Shown piece by piece: positions 36,258 to 39,493 of a stretch of 39,493 bases of DNA. A program made the translations under genes and the position numbers. The notes below the pieces were generated by a model. The model was not told the origin of the DNA. It saw only the letters and a program-made list of their open reading frames with translations, and searched no databases. Origin of the DNA: a virus (taxonomy: Duplodnaviria; Caudoviricetes); IMG/VR virus record IMGVR_UViG_3300037483_000092, positions 1 to 39,493 of that record; one strand, 5' to 3'. The number at the start of each line of letters is the position of its first letter. The first letter of the stretch is position 1.

Positions 36258-36740
36258 TCAGCCGTGGTACGTGTTCGCGGTCCGTACCGGCGGACACACC
36301 GGATCGGGCGTGTACGGCTGGTACGACTTGATCGCCGTGTGGACCCATTCCGGTACCGGCCCCAGGAGTTCTTCCTGGGGGAGCGGGATACCGAGCGTCC
36401 GGGCCATGCCCTGCAGCTCCGGCGGGATGGCCGTCGGCGCGGTCCCCTCTCCGAAGTCCTTGTGGGACAGGGTCAGTTCCTGCCCGTCAAGGCCGCACTT
36501 GTTCCACTCGTCCACGTGGATGACCATGAGATCCCATCCCTGGACGTCCCAGTCGACCGTCATGCTCGGCAGGGTGCCACGGAAGAAGGACACGACGAAC
36601 GCCACGGGCTGCAGGGGGTGACCACACGGGGCCATGATGGACGGCGCTCCGGTGACGGCCATGGACACGGCCACGTTCGTAGTCCACTGAACGTCGGCCA
36701 TCTGGATAGGAGCGGGAGCGGCGGGGGTGTAGTCGGTCAT
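36258..36740 (-). CDS. hypothetical protein
   Basis: AAAGGTG RBS directly downstream of structured repeat. Confidence 0.65.
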   Translation of the reverse strand: MTDYTPAAPAPIQMADVQWTTNVAVSMAVTGAPSIMAPCGHPLQPVAFVVSFFRGTLPSMTVDWDVQGWDLMVIHVDEWNKCGLDGQELTLSHKDFGEGTAPTAIPPELQGMARTLGIPLPQEELLGPVPEWVHTAIKSYQPYTPDPVCPPVRTANTYHG

Positions 36741-36757
36741 CGGTCACCTTTCGTCTG

Positions 36758-36824
36758 GTGATCAGCTGGTCTGATCATCCACGACCACCGTCCGGCCGGA
36801 GCCGGAGATGATCGAAGCGGGTCA
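36758..36824 (-). repeat. structured intergenic repeat, copy A
   Basis: Minus strand TGACCCGCTTCGATCATCTCCGGCTCCGGCCGGACGGTGGTCGTGGATGATCAGACCAGCTGATCAC. Confidence 0.9.
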
Positions 36825-36828
36825 GCTC

Positions 36829-37254
36829 TCACACGGTCAGGGAGACGAGACGGAGGTCTCGCCGTGCGGCGCTCCGGCCGTGGACCTGGACGCGGTCCTG
36901 CAGAGCGCTCATGAGCGCGTGAGGGGATTCGTAGCGGCAGACACGGAGTCCGCGCGCTGCTTCGCGGCCGGTCAGCTTTGGCCGTCCGCGTCCTCCCTTG
37001 ATCCGGACGATGTAGAAGTCCGTGATCTCCCGGCATCCGTTGCGGTTGACCTTGAGTCGGCGCACGTGCCGGATGGAGCCGACCTTGTGACCGGTCTCTT
37101 CGCGCATCTCCCGGCGGAGAGCCTTGACCGGGTTCTCCTTGGGCTTACGGCTCCCTCCCGGGAGCTGCAGGACGCGCGGGTGATCAGCCTCGATCGCCAG
37201 GGCGGAGCCATCGTGATCGAGAACCAGGGCGCGGACCTTATAGATCTTCTTCAT
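36829..37254 (-). CDS. NUDIX hydrolase
   Basis: Nudix box LPGGSRKPKENPVKALRREMREETG. Confidence 0.88.
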   Translation of the reverse strand: MKKIYKVRALVLDHDGSALAIEADHPRVLQLPGGSRKPKENPVKALRREMREETGHKVGSIRHVRRLKVNRNGCREITDFYIVRIKGGRGRPKLTGREAARGLRVCRYESPHALMSALQDRVQVHGRSAARRDLRLVSLTV

Positions 37255-37607
37255 CAGTAGCCCCCGTGTTCGAACGGGTACCCACAGTCGGACGTCGTGC
37301 ATTCCATGGAGTGCTCACAGTCGCCGGAGCAGTAGGACGTGGGCTCAACCGCGCCACTCTCGTCTTCGGTGTACTCGCCTCCGCAGAGTTCGCAGGTCTG
37401 GAGATCATTTTCCAGGGACTCACGGGCCTTCAGCTCCAAGACGGCCTGAGCTTCGCGGAACGTGTCGAAGGTCCCGACGCGGACATTCTTGGAATCGGTG
37501 GCGACGTGGCGAATCTTGCCTCCGGCGGTCTGACGACCGCTCTTGACCTTTCCGACGATGACGCCTTCCGGGTACATGATCACTGGGCACGTGTTGGTCT
37601 TCGGCAT
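37254..37607 (-). CDS. hypothetical protein with C-terminal Cys cluster
   Basis: GAAAGGA RBS; CELC, YCSGDC, C...C. Confidence 0.65.
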   Translation of the reverse strand: MPKTNTCPVIMYPEGVIVGKVKSGRQTAGGKIRHVATDSKNVRVGTFDTFREAQAVLELKARESLENDLQTCELCGGEYTEDESGAVEPTSYCSGDCEHSMECTTSDCGYPFEHGGY

Positions 37608-37618
37608 GGTTGATCCTT

Positions 37619-37686
37619 TCGATCGGGGTGTTGATCGACCATGACCACCCTTCGGCCTTCGGGCCGGAGGGGATCAAAGCGGATCA
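37619..37686 (-). repeat. structured intergenic repeat, copy B (diverged)
   Basis: Minus strand TGATCCGCTTTGATCCCCTCCGGCCCGAAGGCCGAAGGGTGGTCATGGTCGATCAACACCCCGATCGA. Confidence 0.85.
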
Positions 37687-37785
37687 AGCCGAGAGACCGC
37701 AGTGGTTACACCTGCGTGTGAAGCGGCTGAACGAACGCCATCCGCAACTAGGACAGATCAACCACTCAGAGATTGACTGAAACAC
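37684..37785 (-). CDS. 33-aa zinc-ribbon microprotein
   Basis: Read manually: MFQSISEWLICPSCGWRSFSRFTRRCNHCGLSA; GAAAGGA RBS; stop is the first TGA of repeat copy B. Confidence 0.6.
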   Translation of the reverse strand: MFQSISEWLICPSCGWRSFSRFTRRCNHCGLSA

Positions 37786-37803
37786 CCGGTAGTCCTTTCA
37801 GAG

Positions 37804-37835
37804 GTCCGGCCCCGTAAGGCCGGACTGTTCGGTCA
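37804..37835 (-). repeat. reduced repeat copy C (core hairpin only)
   Basis: GTCCGGCC-TTACGG-GGCCGGAC between DUF932 stop and next RBS. Confidence 0.6.
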
Positions 37836-39107
37836 TCGGTTGGTCATCACCAGGAGCTGGCGGTGAGTGGTGGTCTTCTTCTCGGTCAGCGAGTCCTCGA
37901 GGATCGCGGCACCCAGGGCGGCCAGCCGGTTGCCCTTGCCCTGCAGCACTTCGTCGCGCGGCTTCAGGGTCGTGAAGTGGTCCACGTTCCCGGTCATGGC
38001 GCGCTCTGCCGTGTAAGCGTTCCGGCCGAACTTGTTCGATTCGATCTCGAAGCGCTCCATGATGTCGTCGGCGCGGCCGGTCTTCAGGGTGACCTCACGC
38101 GCGGAACTCTCCGGCGTGACCTCTCCCCACACGGCCTTGATCAGTTCGTCCATGTCGTCCGTGGAGAAGGACGCCTGGACCAGGCTCTCCTGTTCGGCGA
38201 CCCAGATCTTCGAGTACTGGGCCGAGAGCTTCAGCGTCTGGGCGGCCTGCTCGTACTTGTCTGCCCAGTTCACCGTGTGCCGGATGGAGAACTTGTACGT
38301 CGCGTCACGGAGACCGAAGCGCTCCGTGTTCCCGCACTCGGGACGCCACGGTGTGTCGTAGACCATCACGGAGCCGGAGCCGTCGTGAGTGTTGGAGATG
38401 ATCAGGTAGCTGTCGATCGGGTCGGCGATGCCACCGGGGTCCACGATCATGGATTCGGGCTTCTTCGCGGAGATGAAAATCTTCCGTCCGCCACGGAGCG
38501 GCGCGGCCGTCTCGGGGATGTACTCGTGGTCCATGAACAGCTTCTCAAGGAACGCGAAGGCCCGACGGTTCTGGACCGTGGTGTAGATCTTGCCAACGGC
38601 TCCGAACGGGGTCTCGGTTCCGTCCGCGTCCGTGCGGACCGTGGTGAAGCTGTCCGGCACCGCCACCCAGTCGCCGTCTTTGGTGAAGAACGGGGTCGGG
38701 CGCTTGCTCACGGTGAAGTCCAGTCCGGCGGCCTTCAGGACCGCGTCCACGGAGGTGAGTCCGGCCGGGACCACGGTCCCAACGCCCCACCATGCGGGCT
38801 TACGGCTGTAGAGATTCACGGAGCCGTCCGCGTTGACGTCCAGCCCGTGGTTGCCCTTGATCGCCTCAGAGGCGGTCAGCGCGTTGGCCTCGAGGGCCTT
38901 GAGGTTGATCGTGATGGTCTCGCCCCGGTCCCATCCGGTGTTGACCATGTAGACGTTTCCGCCCTGGTGGGTGAGTTCCCCGCTGGCCAGCTTGGCGGCG
39001 ACGGCGGCCGGAGCGTTCTCGGCGGAGAGAATCTGGTTCAGCTTCGACTCGCCGAACGCGTCGGTCCGGTTCTGGACGGGGGTGGAATTGCGGACGGAGT
39101 TGGTCAT
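37833..39107 (-). CDS. DUF932-family phage/plasmid protein
   Basis: PAWW.VG, AAGLDFTV, Y..VQN..AF, NTHDGSGS, P.R.EC.NT, IRHT motifs. Confidence 0.85.
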   Translation of the reverse strand: MTNSVRNSTPVQNRTDAFGESKLNQILSAENAPAAVAAKLASGELTHQGGNVYMVNTGWDRGETITINLKALEANALTASEAIKGNHGLDVNADGSVNLYSRKPAWWGVGTVVPAGLTSVDAVLKAAGLDFTVSKRPTPFFTKDGDWVAVPDSFTTVRTDADGTETPFGAVGKIYTTVQNRRAFAFLEKLFMDHEYIPETAAPLRGGRKIFISAKKPESMIVDPGGIADPIDSYLIISNTHDGSGSVMVYDTPWRPECGNTERFGLRDATYKFSIRHTVNWADKYEQAAQTLKLSAQYSKIWVAEQESLVQASFSTDDMDELIKAVWGEVTPESSAREVTLKTGRADDIMERFEIESNKFGRNAYTAERAMTGNVDHFTTLKPRDEVLQGKGNRLAALGAAILEDSLTEKKTTTHRQLLVMTNR

Positions 39108-39124
39108 GGGGTGTTCCTTCCGTA

Positions 39125-39193
39125 GTGATCAGTGGTTCTGATCAACCATGACCACCGTCCGGCCCGAAGGCCGGAGATGATCAAAGCGGGTCA
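39125..39193 (-). repeat. structured intergenic repeat, copy D
   Basis: Minus strand TGACCCGCTTTGATCATCTCCGGCCTTCGGGCCGGACGGTGGTCATGGTTGATCAGAACCACTGATCAC then TACGGAAGGAACACCCCATG. Confidence 0.92.
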
Positions 39194-39376
39194 GATCCGT
39201 GCGCGGCGCTCTTGGACGACCCAGGAGTAAGGGCCGATCTCCAGCCTGAATCCAGGGCAGACCCGGGGGATCTGATCGAGGTAGAAGTCAGCCGTGCCGT
39301 TCTCGATCGCGGCCGGGTCTTCGGACTTGGCAGTGAGGAAGCGGCGCATCTCGTCTTCGGAGATCAAGTGGCGCAT
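39191..39376 (-). CDS. hypothetical protein, flanked by repeats D and E
   Basis: RBS and start supplied by repeat E; stop is the first TGA of repeat D. Confidence 0.7.
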   Translation of the reverse strand: MRHLISEDEMRRFLTAKSEDPAAIENGTADFYLDQIPRVCPGFRLEIGPYSWVVQERRARI

Positions 39377-39394
39377 GGGGTGTTCCTTCCGTAG

Positions 39395-39463
39395 GTGATC
39401 AGTGGTTCTGATCGACCATCACCACCGTCCGGCCCGAAGGCCGGAGATGATGAAAGCGGGTCA
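39395..39463 (-). repeat. structured intergenic repeat, copy E
   Basis: Minus strand TGACCCGCTTTCATCATCTCCGGCCTTCGGGCCGGACGGTGGTGATGGTCGATCAGAACCACTGATCAC then CTACGGAAGGAACACCCCATG. Confidence 0.92.
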
Positions 39464-39493
39464 GTTCCAGTTCGCGTCAAGCTCGTGTTCGAT

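Noticed and set aside
37863-39125. 420-aa plus-strand ORF (and likewise 32585..33799 on the minus strand)
   Set aside because: Antisense to the DUF932 gene (and the translocase gene, respectively); no RBS or recognisable motifs.
36758-39463. Repeats as a CRISPR array
   Set aside because: Units are ~68 nt and separated by whole genes of 100-1275 bp; no cas genes in the window.
36758-39463. Repeats as classical integron attC sites or plain terminators
   Set aside because: No RYYYAAC/GTTRRRY boxes recognised and no integron integrase seen; no U-tract after the hairpins on the coding strand.

Overview
This window looks like the left ~39.5 kb of a high-GC actinobacterial tailed (siphovirus-type) phage genome. 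A rightward morphogenesis operon runs from 169 to 28121: terminase, portal, HK97-type protease and capsid, head-tail and tail genes, a tail chaperone with a -1 frameshift, tape measure with an NlpC/P60 domain, minor tail genes and lysis genes. Inside it, between capsid and head-tail adaptor, is a sugar-modification cluster (2 glycosyltransferases, 2 SAM methyltransferases, an NAD-dependent epimerase, and a 730-aa Ser/Thr/Pro/Ala/Val-rich protein). The right arm is mostly leftward small genes. It is interrupted by a rightward island (30893-34486) encoding an Spd-like membrane protein and a TraB-like FtsK/SpoIIIE translocase followed by short repeats, which resembles an actinomycete conjugative transfer module inside a phage. 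The distal right arm has a ~68-nt intergenic repeat (stop codon, UNCG hairpin, second hairpin, RBS) with compensatory base changes separating genes like cassettes, plus a non-canonical tRNA-like element. No integrase, repressor or replication gene was recognised in the window. All product calls come from motifs and gene order read by eye; no database searches were run.
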